64,000 bases of DNA from Geosiphon pyriformis uo1. Its lineage: Eukaryota > Fungi > Glomeromycota. The notes beneath the pieces are model-generated. The model worked only from the letters and a program-made list of their open reading frames with translations, did not search any database and was not told the DNA's origin. The DNA lies in contig JAAOMT010000046.1 in NCBI GenBank assembly GCA_016748015.1, positions 644,697 through 708,696 of the forward strand. The letters are read 5' to 3'. A program made the translations under genes and the position numbers. Position 1 is the stretch's first letter; the number at the start of each line of letters is the position of its first letter. This document shows, in pieces, positions 27,902 to 39,700 of this stretch.

Positions 27902-28589
27902 TAACCTCCTTCTCAAAACTGAGCTCTGTCAAAGTCCAAGTACTGTCTGTAATTTCTAGATAGTAATCCAAGATTATTGAAGAAATTTGGTCCAAAAATT
28001 TTTGAAATTCCAGTTTTGTGAGCTTTCCAATGTATTGAATCTTCAAGGATTGTAAAATTGGGTTTTGTAGGACATTTTCACAGGTGTGAAATAGGTCATA
28101 AAGTCTAAGAGCAGCTCTTAGTTTATAATAACTGTTTGTAGGTCCAGCTGTTGTCTTGAATTTGTTGTGGAGTTGTTTCTGAATAGCTTCTTTTGTAAAG
28201 TTTGCTGTTGTAAGCTCCTGTTTTTGTTCATGAAGTGTTTTTCCAATGTAGAAGTATCTATATACTGGAGTATAGTTGTAGTTTTCTTCATTAAGACACA
28301 GTTAAAGTTTTTGTTGAATAGTAGCATTTGGTGGAATACTAATAGGAGTGAGCATTAAGTTTTCTCTTAAAGCAAGCTTTAAAAGTTCTGGCAAGTGAAT
28401 TTCAGAATAACTTCTTGTGTTCTTCTTATATGAGTAATATTTTCGTGAATTTGGGACTAAATTTGTGACTACTTCTGTTTGGGTATAATTAATGTGGTTT
28501 CCAGTAACAGTAATAGATAATTCAGGTATTGTTTTTAAAGCTAATATTAGTTTTTGGAATAATTGTTGAATGTTTTGAGAAATAGTCAT
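27870..28589 (-). pseudogene. Gypsy-1 ORF3, ~239 aa of unknown function, one premature TAA; runs through the PPT into the 3' LTR
   Basis: MTISQNIQQL...IQQKL*LCLNEE...YRYFYIGKTL...FTKEAIQKQL...KLRAALRLYDLFHTCEN...IGKLTKLEFQKFLDQI...EKEVMLPDKIRDIA*, all in one frame; homologous to 63434-64000. Confidence 0.75.
27902..27914 (-). other. Polypurine tract of Gypsy-1
   Basis: GAGAAGGAGGTTA on the minus strand immediately before the 3' LTR. Confidence 0.7.
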
Positions 28590-28718
28590 TATAAGAGATT
28601 TGAAATAAAAGAAAATTATTTTTGGTGTATGGGTTTTTATGTTATTTTTGTTTTTTTGTTTTTTTTTTGTGAGATTGTTTCTAAATTATAAGAAGATAAC
28701 TATAATAATAAATTTAAA

Positions 28719-31700
28719 TTAAGTGTTCAAGTTGGGAGGTTGTTCAATGACAACTATTGGTTCTAAATTCCAGGGAATATCTTCGGGATTGATTAAAGGA
28801 GAATGTGTACCAATTTGTGGAATTAATAGTTTAGGATTATTTTTGGAATTATAGTGTTTCAAACAATCTTCATGTGCAATTTTTGCTAGGATTTTGTTAT
28901 CAAATCTTAACTTATATGACCCATTGCCTAGAACTTCATGAATAAAGAATGGTCCATTTCATTTATTTTCAAATTTTCCACTCCATTGTTTTTCAGCTTT
29001 AGTTCTGTGTAAGAGAACTTTGTTCCCAATTTTAAATTTATTGGTGCCTGGTGGCAATTTTTTGTCATGCTGTTCTTTTTGTTGAGCTTGGGAGTATTCA
29101 ATATGGGTGGCTGATATTCGTTGTTTTCCTTCCAGTGTGCTAAACAGAGTGTAGGCTCTTCATTAAAGTGTTTCCTGAAAATTGTTTTTATCGATTGGTT
29201 GTTTCCACTGTGAAACTAATTGGTAACGTTGCTATCCTTCCATAAGTTAAATCAAATAGTGTGTGTTTTGTGGTATCTTGTTTTAGTGTCTTATATGCTA
29301 GTAATACTGATGGAATAAAGATATCCCATTCTTGCTTAAAATCAGTTGAGACTTTGGCTAATGATTCACACAGTGTCCTATTAAAACATTCCACAAGCCC
29401 ATTTGTTTGTGGATGGTAGGGTGAAGATAATGGTCTCTTGACATTAAATTGTTCACAAATTTCCTGGATTAAATTGTTCACAAAATGTGTTCCTTGATCA
29501 GATAAAAGTTTTATTGGACATCCATGTCTATAAATGATGTCTTCATAGATGAAGTTTGCTACTGATTTTGCATCTGCTCATTGAATGGCTCTGGCTTCAG
29601 GCCATTTGATGAGATAGTCTACAGCTACTGCAATATAATGGTTTCCTTGGTTTGTGATAGGTAGTGGTCCAACTAAATTGATACCAACTCAGTCAAAAAG
29701 CTGTCCAACTTTGATTGAATTTAAAGGTTCTGTAGGGCATGTTCCTCCTTTTTTTTGACAACTATTACAAGAGTCGACATATTGATATATGTCTCTTCTC
29801 ATTCGGGCCAAAAGTAGTGTTCTAATGTTCTTTGAGTGATACTATCTTTTCCTAAATGTGTTGATGAAAGATCCGAGTGCATGTTGTATAAGATAGTTTT
29901 TTTTTTATGTTCTTGTATTAATCGAAGCGGTTTGTCTGGATTTCTGGAGTTTCGATAATAAATAATGTTGTTGTGTAGAAAGTATTATTTGGCTTGTTGT
30001 TGTAACCAATGTTTTTCATCTGGGGACCAATCTGTTGGGATTGTTAATGTCTCCAAATATTGTTTAAGATTGTTGTAGTTTTCAGGGTTCATTGTTTGTC
30101 ATTTTGTTGCTGTTATTTCAAATGGATATTGGTTTTGTGTTCTAATCTTGCCTTATTCTTAAGAGACAATCAACATTGGTGTAGAGTTTTCCTGGTTTAT
30201 GGTGTACAATGTATTGGTAGTTGGCTAAAAATCCTGTCCATTGGGTTTGTTTGGTATTTAGCTGAGTGTTTTTGTTCTAAAGCCATTTGAGTCCAATATT
30301 ATCAGTGATAATATCAAATTCCTTTGGCCGAAGATAAAAATTGAAATGATGTAAGGCCCAAATTACAGCTGTTGTTTCCAATTTAGTGGCAGGATAATTC
30401 TTTTCGGCTGGTTTTAATGTTCTGCTGGCATAAACAATTATTCGCTCATTTTTTTGGTCATCTAATTGTGACAAAATGGCACCAAAAGCAATGTAAGAAA
30501 CATCGGTGGCTAGTCGAAACCAGTTACTAAAGTCTAGATAGACGAGAATTGGAGCTGTTGTCAGCTTTTCTTTGAGAATTTCAAAAGCTTTTTGGTGTTC
30601 GGTAGTCCATTTGTATTCAATGTTTTTGGTAGTGAGCTGGTTGAGAGGTTTTGCAATTTCCGAAAATCTGTTAATAAACTTTCAATAGTAGGATGCTAAT
30701 CTGATAAATCCTCTTAGTTCTGTGGTATTTTGAGAAGTTTTGAAATTTTTAACAGTGCTGATTTTTCCGGGGTCAGATTTAATTCCATCTTTGCTAACAA
30801 TGTGACCAAGAAAAGCCAAACTTGTTTTTCTAAAGTAGTATTTTTCGATGTTCAGTTTCAATCCTGCTTTCTGTAATCATTGAAAAACTTCTCGCAAGTG
30901 TTTTAAGTATAGTTCAAAAAATGGTGAATAAACATCAGTATTATCAAGATAAACAACTACTGATTTCCAAAGGAGGTTTTTGTAAACAACATCCATAAGT
31001 CTTTGGAATGTTGCTGGTGCATTGCATAATCTGAAAGACATTATGTTAAACTCGTAGTTTCCTTCTTGAGTGGTGAATGCTGTTTTGGGTGATCTTTGGA
31101 ATTCATGGCAACTTGCTAGTATCTATTCTCTAAATTTAATATCGAGAAGTATTTGGACTTCCCAAGGGCATCTAACATGTTATCAATTTGGGGAAGAGAG
31201 TAGGCATCTCCAATGGTGATGCTGTTGAGTTGTTGATAATCAACACAAAATTGTATCTTTTCATTTTTCTTTTTAACTAGGACCACAGATGAAGCCCATG
31301 GACTCATCGATAGTTGAATAAGCCCATTGTTAAGCATCTATTGCACTTCTTCTTGGATAAATTGGTAACTTTCTGAAGCAACTCGGTAGGCTTGTTGTCA
31401 TCTTGGTTTGGCATCTCTTGTGTAGATTTGGTGTTGAACCAAATTGGTTCTTCTTAAGTCATTGTTGTTTTTGGCAAAGATATCAGCAAACTCTGCAATT
31501 AGTTCTTTGAGCTGGTTTTGTTGTTGTGGCTCAAGTTGTCCTATGTTGATTCGAGATAGTTTTTTCATAACAACATGGTAATTTTTAGAGCTGGGGTTTG
31601 GGTTGATTTTTGGTAGTGAATGTCCAATAATTTCAGAGAAATTGGGGACTGTTTGGGGTAATTCTTGTTGAAAGATATTACTGTAAATAACTCTAATTTC

Positions 31701-34700
31701 TAAGTTATTTAATAAAACTATGGGAAAATTGTTGGGATTGTAAAAAGTAACTCGGATTTTTTTTGTTCCTTCTGGAATATAAATGTTTGGAATTGAGATA
31801 TTATGTTCCAAGTAGATTTGTTTGTCGGACTTAAAAATTTGTTGTGTAGTTGTTGGCTTTTCACAAGTGTAAATTTCAGGATGTTTTCCAAAGAGTGAAA
31901 TGGTAATTGGTTGTGAAAGTCATAAAATCTGGTAAGATTCTTTCTGTTCATTGAAGGCTATGTTTACTGGAACTGTAAATCGTCCAGTTGAACCAAAATC
32001 TTGGGTTCCTCTTTCACTTTTTTCTAATAGTTCTCTTTGATTGACTAATTGTAAACCCGAAATGTTGATTAAAGGTAAATAAATGGCTTGGGCAATTTTC
32101 TCGGCATGTTCAATCTTAAATGGCTTGTCAGTTTCATTTTGGAGTATTACTGTTATGTTATCAATATATCCAGCATCGATTATTTCTCCTCTGACATTGA
32201 TTTCTTTGCTTGCCAGAGAGGACTGGGAGGCAATTTGAACCATTGTTCTTGGTGAGATTTCGAGAGCAATTTTAAGGTTAATTTTTGTGAGAGATTTGGG
32301 TTTGAGAACGAGAGTATTCTTGTCTGGATATTTTAAGTCATATCCAGTATTAATTTCATGTGCTTTTTCAGGTTTTATTTCTTGTCCATTGTTGTTGAAG
32401 TATTTGAGTTGTAAGGCAGACTGATTTTTAATAAGATAAATGGGTGTTGTTTCAATTTCTTCTGTTGCTTCCAGTTCCCCAGATTCAATTTTGTTCTTAT
32501 CACTTTCACTGGGCAAGGGAATGCTAAGAGTGTAGTATTCAGGACACTACTGTTCATTACAAGGCATAATGCATTCTTCACATAGCCTAATGTTTATTTG
32601 CTCTAATTGTTGAATTTGAGCTTTTTGGATTGGATAGGTGTAACTTACAATTTGGTGGTAGACTTCTACTTCATCTTTGTAATCAAATCCAGCTAATTCC
32701 ATGGTGTATTCAATGTATTCTGCTTCCTTTATTTGATGAACATCTTCTTTGGTAGCTCTATTAATTAATGCCATTGCTAGGTCAAAAATCATCTTAGCAT
32801 CATGGGGGTAATAATAAAATTTGTTGAAAGCACTGTTGTATGCCACATTAAAAGGTGTTCCTCTTTTTACTTTTTCTGAAATTGATAAAGCATATTAACA
32901 GGTCTAATTGCAAACTCCTTCTCTTATTGCTACATCAATCCAATTGCATTCTTCCAGTAGTATATCTTCACAAGTCAAACAAGGGGTGTTGTCCCATTTT
33001 CCGCTTCTTTTTATTAGATGGTCCCATCATTCTCTGTGGCAAGCCTTGCAGTAATAAAAAGTATGATTTTCATATTTTTCTTCAGATGAAATACAGGCTC
33101 TCATTGATGAGAGTTTTTTGTGGCAATCTTTGTATTTGAGTGGAATGTAAGGGCATTGTTTTCGTGGTTCTGGTTTTGAATAGGGAACATTCCATCTGGT
33201 TGTCACTGGTTTTTTTGTTTCAAGAGAATCATTTGTTAAAAAGTACTGTTGTTCAGTTTCATCAGCCCAATTGGAGGTTGATCCAAGTGCCATAAATGTT
33301 TCAATAATGGGTTTTTCTTCTTCTGGTTCAAATTCAAAAGCTGGGGCTTTTTCAGAGTGTTTGTTCAATGTACCACAAGTAACGGATACTTGGGCATGTT
33401 GTCCTTAATAGGAGAGTTGTAATTTTTGGGTTTCCCAGTCTAATTTTGCATTGGCTTTTTGGAGCCAATCATTTCCGACAAGGGCTTGATACTGGAGTGT
33501 ATTTATTATAAGAACTTTGACTAGAATGGTGATTCCATCAAGAGTAAACGGAAAATTGTCAATTTCTTCTACAGAAGTCTTTTTCATGCCATTAGTAGTA
33601 ATGATTACTGTCTGAGCTGGTTGGTCAACATTTTTCTTTAACTGTTGTATCAACTGGTAGGTAATGATACTTCCAGTGGATCCACTGTCTAGGATCAAGC
33701 AAATTGCTATTCCTTCAATTTTTGCTTCAGTGTACATAACAGTAATTGCTTTTTGTTCATTGGCAGCTGCATTGCTAAACAAGAATAGTGACTCATTTGC
33801 TTTGAACTCAAAAGGAAATATATCTGAAAGGTTGGCATTTTCAGCAATTCTGGTTGGTGGAATTGTGGTAGGAGTATAAGAAGGATTTTGTTGTTGTGCT
33901 GCAGCTCTACCTTCTGAGAGTGCAGGATGGTAAAAATCTTGTTTTTCAGGTATTGTAAGATAGCTAAGTTGAGTATAATAATGGGAGGGTCTTGGCTGAG
34001 CTGGATTTCAGGAAATTAATTGGTTATTTGGGTTGATTCTGTTGTTGTTTGTTGTGAATCAGTTTTGTGGTGCAAATTGGTTTTGTTAAACCAATTTTCG
34101 AGCAGGTACTTGGTAATGTTGAATGGGTTGTCGATACTGTTGTTGTATTGGTTGTAGAGCAGGTTGATAGTAGTCAGTTTGATATTGTGGTCTTGGTGAA
34201 TAGTAAGCTGATGGTAGTGATGGTTGGTAATAAGATTGTTATGGCAAAGGATAACATTGATTACTCCTGTTTTGTTGGTCTTGTTGTAGCTTTTTGCAAT
34301 CTCTTTTCCAGTGGCCAGAGATTCCACAATAATGGCAATTCTGAGGCTGGTTATTAGAGGATGATATGAAGTTGTTTTGATTCCATCTTTGGGGTGGTTG
34401 ATATCTTTGGAGTTGCTGTTGTTGTTGGTTGGTGAAATAGTTTTCAACCTTTTTTGTGAGTTGGTCAATTTTCTCTTCAGCTACTGAGCTGGTCTCTCCA
34501 ATGGCTAAGTTCACGAGTTTTGTATGATTGGCTTCTTCCATGGCCATTTCATATCTTTTTGCATGCTGAATGGCAGAGTTTAAATCTTCTGGGGCATGTG
34601 GGCAAATTTTTTTAATCAGTTTATCCTTTAAACCATCAATAAATTGATCTAAGACTTGAGCATTGGAATAATAATTATTAGTTTCAAGTTGGCAAATTTG

Positions 34701-35774
34701 TCTGAGAAGTTTGTTGAATTTCCCAATATAAGTCATGACAGATTTGAAGATTTCTTGTTTGATATTGCAAAAACAATTTCGAAGTGTGATTGAGGTATTG
34801 TTATCGGTGAATTGTTCTAAAAAAGCAGTTTTGAAAGCTGTTCAGTCATTAAAAGGGGTGGTCAAGTTTTTAAACCATTCACCTACTGTTCCTTTGAGAA
34901 AGTAAGGAATTGTTCTTAACATTCTGGCAGCATTCCATCTATTTGCATCTCCAGCTTTAGTAACTTGGTTGAGCCATTCTTGGGGACTGGTCTCAATGTC
35001 TTTTCCATTAAATTCAGAGATTTTTGCAATGTATGCTGTCATCTTGTCTTCTTTGTTTTCACTGTCTATTGATTTTTTTTCAGATATTTCAGAGTCATTT
35101 TCTTCATTTGCTGCTGTCTCAGAGTGTTCACTTCAATTTTCAGCTAGAAAGTCAAGGAGATTGGAACTAGTTTGAAGGGGTTTTTGTTGTCTGGTAGGAC
35201 TTCTGGGTGATGTAAAATCTTCTAGTCTTGCAAATTGATTTAAGAGTAAATTAGGTGTTTGTGCTTGTACAAGTGAAGCTGGAAAAGGTGTAATAGTAAG
35301 TGGAAGTTTTGAACTGGTTCCTTGTTCAGGTGTTTGTAAGTGTTTGGCAGTTGTTTTTGGTAGTATTAGAGTATTTGTGGTGGTTTTTGAGTATTGCTTC
35401 AATTTTTGTTTGTTTTTGTTGTTTGTTTCTGTCTCTGATTCAAAATCAATAGAGTATTGAGACTGCACTGGATATGTTTCTTCACAGTACTTGATAATGT
35501 TAAAATTAAGTTCTTGAAAGTAAGTGGCAAGTGTTTCACTGTTAAGGTTTTCAGTTCCCAACTGTGAATAGTGTACTAAATTATTATAAAGATTGCTTCT
35601 AACTTCTGAGATATTGTAATTTCCAAAAAAATAATTGTTAATGCGGTTTTCAATGTATTGGTATACTGATTTTTTGACAACTTTAATTCCGTCTGGAATG
35701 TTGAATCTTTGCTTGCAGTGGGTGTAAATTGACTGGTAATACTCTAGAGTTGTTGTGTCTGGTGTGGTCGCCAC
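28719..35774 (-). pseudogene. Gypsy-1 single gag-pol polyprotein: capsid, CCHC knuckle, protease, Cys-rich insert, dUTPase, RT, RNase H, integrase
   Basis: WLNQVTKAGDANRWN; CHYCGISGHWKRDC; LILDSGSTGS; GYDLKYP, ASQSSLA, IIDAGY, KIAQAI, RGTQDFGSTG; YLDNT; YPATKLE; YHPQTNGLVE; ends PIVVIEQPPNLNT*. Fragments from 35774 to 31116 share one frame. Confidence 0.93.
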
Positions 35775-35805
35775 TTTGAAGTTGTTTTTGCTGTGTTGTT
35801 TTTAT

Positions 35806-35817
35806 GGGAGAGTACCA
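35806..35817 (-). other. Primer-binding site of Gypsy-1 (TGGTACTCTCCC)
   Basis: TGG-initiated sequence 2 nt after the 5' LTR end; cognate tRNA not identified. Confidence 0.7.
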
Positions 35818-35819
35818 AA

Positions 35820-36790
35820 TATTACCGGAGGTTTTTGGTCTCTTCTTAGCTTTTGTATGTTTGTTGTAATGCTGTCAATTCACGACTATGGGAAGTGTTT
35901 GAATCTCCAATAACTGAATTTTTATCTTCAAATTATCTCTTATAATTTGAACTGCTGGGCTTATAAGTAAAATGGCCAATTCTGTGCCAGTTACTTGTGT
36001 AGTTACATTGTAGTAGACGTCAACTCTTTCCCAAAAATTGCTTGTCTGGAAGCTCACTAAAAATGTGTAGTTACTTTGCTGTGAAAGTCAACTCTTTTAC
36101 AGGAATCTTGTTTGTAGGCTACTCTAATAATGACAATAAGAAAATAAAAGAAAAGTAAAAGAAAAATAAAAAAATTGAATTCTGTTGAGAGAAATGTTTT
36201 CTATCCAGGCCTGGAGTCACTAACAGTTTTACTGAAATTGATAGCTAATCAATTTCAAAATGTTAGTTGGGTTTTGGGGATTTTCCAAATGCAATAATTA
36301 AAGAATTTGGTTTTTCGAATTATTTGATATTTATTTCTTTTTGTGTGTATAGAAATAGTTCTAAGTAATAAATCTAAGGTAAGATATATTTTCTCAAAGA
36401 GAAAAGCTCTTTTTTTATACAACTTGTTGTAACACTATTCTATAAACTTGAACTTTGCTATTTTCTATAATTTTGCTGAACTAAAGTTATATTTTGGCAA
36501 ACTACAAGTTATTTCTGCAAACTATTAGATATTTCAGTGAACTATCAATTATTTTGGCAAATTCCTACAAATTTCGGCAAACTTTTTGAATGTTACATAG
36601 TTCAGAGTATTGCATGATTGATCATCACAATTAGGTTACATTTGTGTTATGTACAAATTGGGTTATTAATTAAATGATAATTTTGGATATTTTACTAATA
36701 TAATAAGTGATAATTTGAAATGCTAATTAATGATAAAAATTATAAAGATAATTTCATGCTAAGCAATATCTCTAATTTTGTCTGGTAACA
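35820..36790 (-). repeat. Gypsy-1 5' LTR (971 bp)
   Basis: Direct repeat of 26931-27901; terminal inverted repeat T(G>A)TTACC...GGTAACA. Confidence 0.97.
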
Positions 36791-39700
36791 ATGTTTTCTC
36801 AGCCAGTCTTGACTTATACATATTGGATTTTTTGTATTTCCTTTTAACAAGAGATAAATGTTTAAGAATGTTCATCTGTTTCTCACCAGCCTGAACCATG
36901 CTAGTAACAATGAAAGCCTTATTAGTATCTAATATTAACCACTTCTTTACAAGATTATCAAAACCAAGAATGTTATTTGAACTCAATCTTTTAACAATTT
37001 TTACAACCAGCAACTCAAGCCCCAGAAATTTAGAGGACCACTTATTTCTCGAACACTGAAATTCACTGAATTAATGCTTAGAGAAAATTTCATCCACAGA
37101 TTCCACCATCACCCCCTTCAGTAATGACCACATTAAGTCCAAATTATTATTAGCAACAGCAACAAAAAACCTATCCTTCACTCTCAAAAGTCTAGCAAAA
37201 GAACAATCTCTATAACATAACCACTTGGCATCATTTGCATCCTTGATTTTAAACTTCCAACAATCTCTGTTAACCTGTTTTCACAAGCTATTCAATTGAA
37301 CATCTAAGAGCCCACCCAAACTAATAGACACTATAACAGCATTATGATCAGTATCAAAGAAATCAAAAACAAAAATGACTTTATGACCAGCCATTGCAGA
37401 TGACAAACTTTCATTTACAAAAATATAATCAATAACTTTCATGGTACCCTTCGAGTTGTTCCAAGTGAAAGCTTTAACCAGCAAGTGTCTACTAAAAGAA
37501 TTGACCAAGTCCAAATTTGAACAGGACTTAAAACTTGCATTTTTCTTAGACCCATTCTCATTGAAATCTCCATCTAGCACTACAAATATGAAAGAATTAA
37601 TAGCCTTAGCAATAAAAGAGTTGATCACAGAAGACTAACTAAATTTGGTTTTAGCAGAAGCTTCAGCATACAGAATCAAGATTGCCACTAACAGCTTGCC
37701 TTTAAAAAAGAGCCAAATAGAGATAAGATAACCAGAGACTTTTTCAATTTTAGTAACATGACATGCAAGAGAATTGTTCAAAATAATTGCCACCCCAGCA
37801 CCAAGAAAACCTTTGTCCAAACCAGAAGAGAATATTTTTATCTTATCAAATCTGTTCATGATTTATGATTTTGTACTAGGCCTCAGTTTTGTTTTTATAA
37901 CAATAAAAACCATATTATCAGACTCTATGTGCCAACAAACAATGTCTTTCTGCTTGGCAGGGACATTAATACTCTGAACATTACATGTAGCAAACCTCTA
38001 CACTAGCTCCATTATTGAGAAAAGGAAGCAGCAAGAACCAAACCAGCATTGTCTATTTTGGCCAAAAAGCCCATAACTGTAATTGCAAGATTTTTCAAAG
38101 TGTTCTCCATTTTCCCAATAACAGAAGAATCGAAAACTACTGCTCTCACAACAGTCTTATCACCAGTGGCCACACCTGAACCCTCACTTATCACTATATC
38201 TGTTCTTTGATTCTGTGATAAAGGAATCACCAATGGCTGACATTCAGAACTAAGCTGAGAAACTGTTAGCTCGGGTGTTTCTAATCTCTTAGCCAGCATA
38301 TCAACATGTTCTGCAAGACTGGTAAGACTGTGCTCAAGAGCAGCAAACCTATTATTGATTTTTGTTGCAACTGATAGAGATGGCTTTATTTCTGAAAAAG
38401 AACCAACATTCACTGAAACAACTTGGCCAGAGAAAGAGGAATAAAAAGACTCACTAGCAACTTTCATCCAAAAAAGGCCACCAAAAAAAACAAAATAAGC
38501 AACTGGAGCAGATCATTTGGCATATATTGCAGCCAGCCTGTTTTTATCTACATCTGAAAGCACCCTATGCAATAGACTACCAGAAGAAATCTTCCCACTT
38601 TTAGCACAGCTTAATAATATATGACCCAATTTTCCACATTTGGCACATCCAATAGAAACAAAACTAGCCCAATGTAAATTTATGCTCCTGAACACAGGTG
38701 TGGTTCTTATGGCAGTATCCAATGATTCAGCAAAATTGAAACAAACAACAGTGCACCTGACCCAAATATATGTAACTGAATGGTAATTAATAACACAAGT
38801 TTTCTCCAGATATCATGAGCATTAGTTCTCATTGGCAGTGTGTAAAACAGTGCCTTATGATAATCCCTTGTATTTTATGTTTCTTTGTCTAAATCAGCTT
38901 TGACAACATGCATGACATCCTTCCCAATTAGGATGGACCACTTAGCTGTGACCAAATCAGCATGATCCAATTGCTTAAATTCTACCACTGCTTTCTGTCA
39001 CAGTCCTACCAACTACATCTTGATCAACTTAATTATTCCAAACTCAGATAGCACAGTACACACAGCCTTAGCCAATGTTTCAATTAGAATTTTCTTAACC
39101 ATCACAGCTTAATTTGAATGACCAGTTGATTTTTTAGAATCAGTGTTTACTAAAATATCTACTGCTCTTGTCTTTTTTGTAGCCTGCGCCAAATTAGATT
39201 CAGAAGTAAATAAAGCATAGATGATTCCTAAGAATTTTGAGAGGATAGAGGCCCTCCCAAAACCATTGACTTTTGAAAACAATTTTCTGACCACCACCAG
39301 CTTTTCCTGAGAAGATTTTTTAACCACCTTATCCAGCTTAATATTCATAGCAAAAGATTTTTGGACCAAAATATTAACCAAGTTTTTCAAAGAAGGAGAA
39401 AAAACTACAGGATTGTCTAAAAAAATGTTATTACTATCATTGCTCAAGAAGTCAATTTTTCTTAGTGGTTTACTCAGAGCTCTTTTGGTCTGAATTTTTG
39501 AACTTTTGGGAGTTTGTTCCAAGTTTCTATCAGTAAAAGTGCCACCTTCCCCATAATCAAAGCTGGTTTCCTCAACCAAAAATTCTTTCTCTATGTCTAC
39601 ACTATTCAATTCAGTAGTGTTATCAGTTTTAGAACTCCAGAAATGACCACTTAATACCATAGCAGCAACTTTTTTATTACCAATACTATCCTCCAGAACA

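Larger units (their letters stand above)
26931..36790 (-). mobile_element. Gypsy-1: complete Ty3/Gypsy LTR retrotransposon, 9860 bp, 4-bp TSD ATGT
   Basis: Two 971-bp LTRs with TGTTA...TAACA ends; ATGT at 26927-26930 and 36791-36794; PBS, PPT and gag-PR-dUTPase-RT-RH-IN order. Confidence 0.97.

Noticed and set aside
28719-29050. Chromodomain at the integrase C-terminus
   Set aside because: Only a GPF/SH3-like segment and a PIVVIE tail; no chromodomain motif in either Gypsy.
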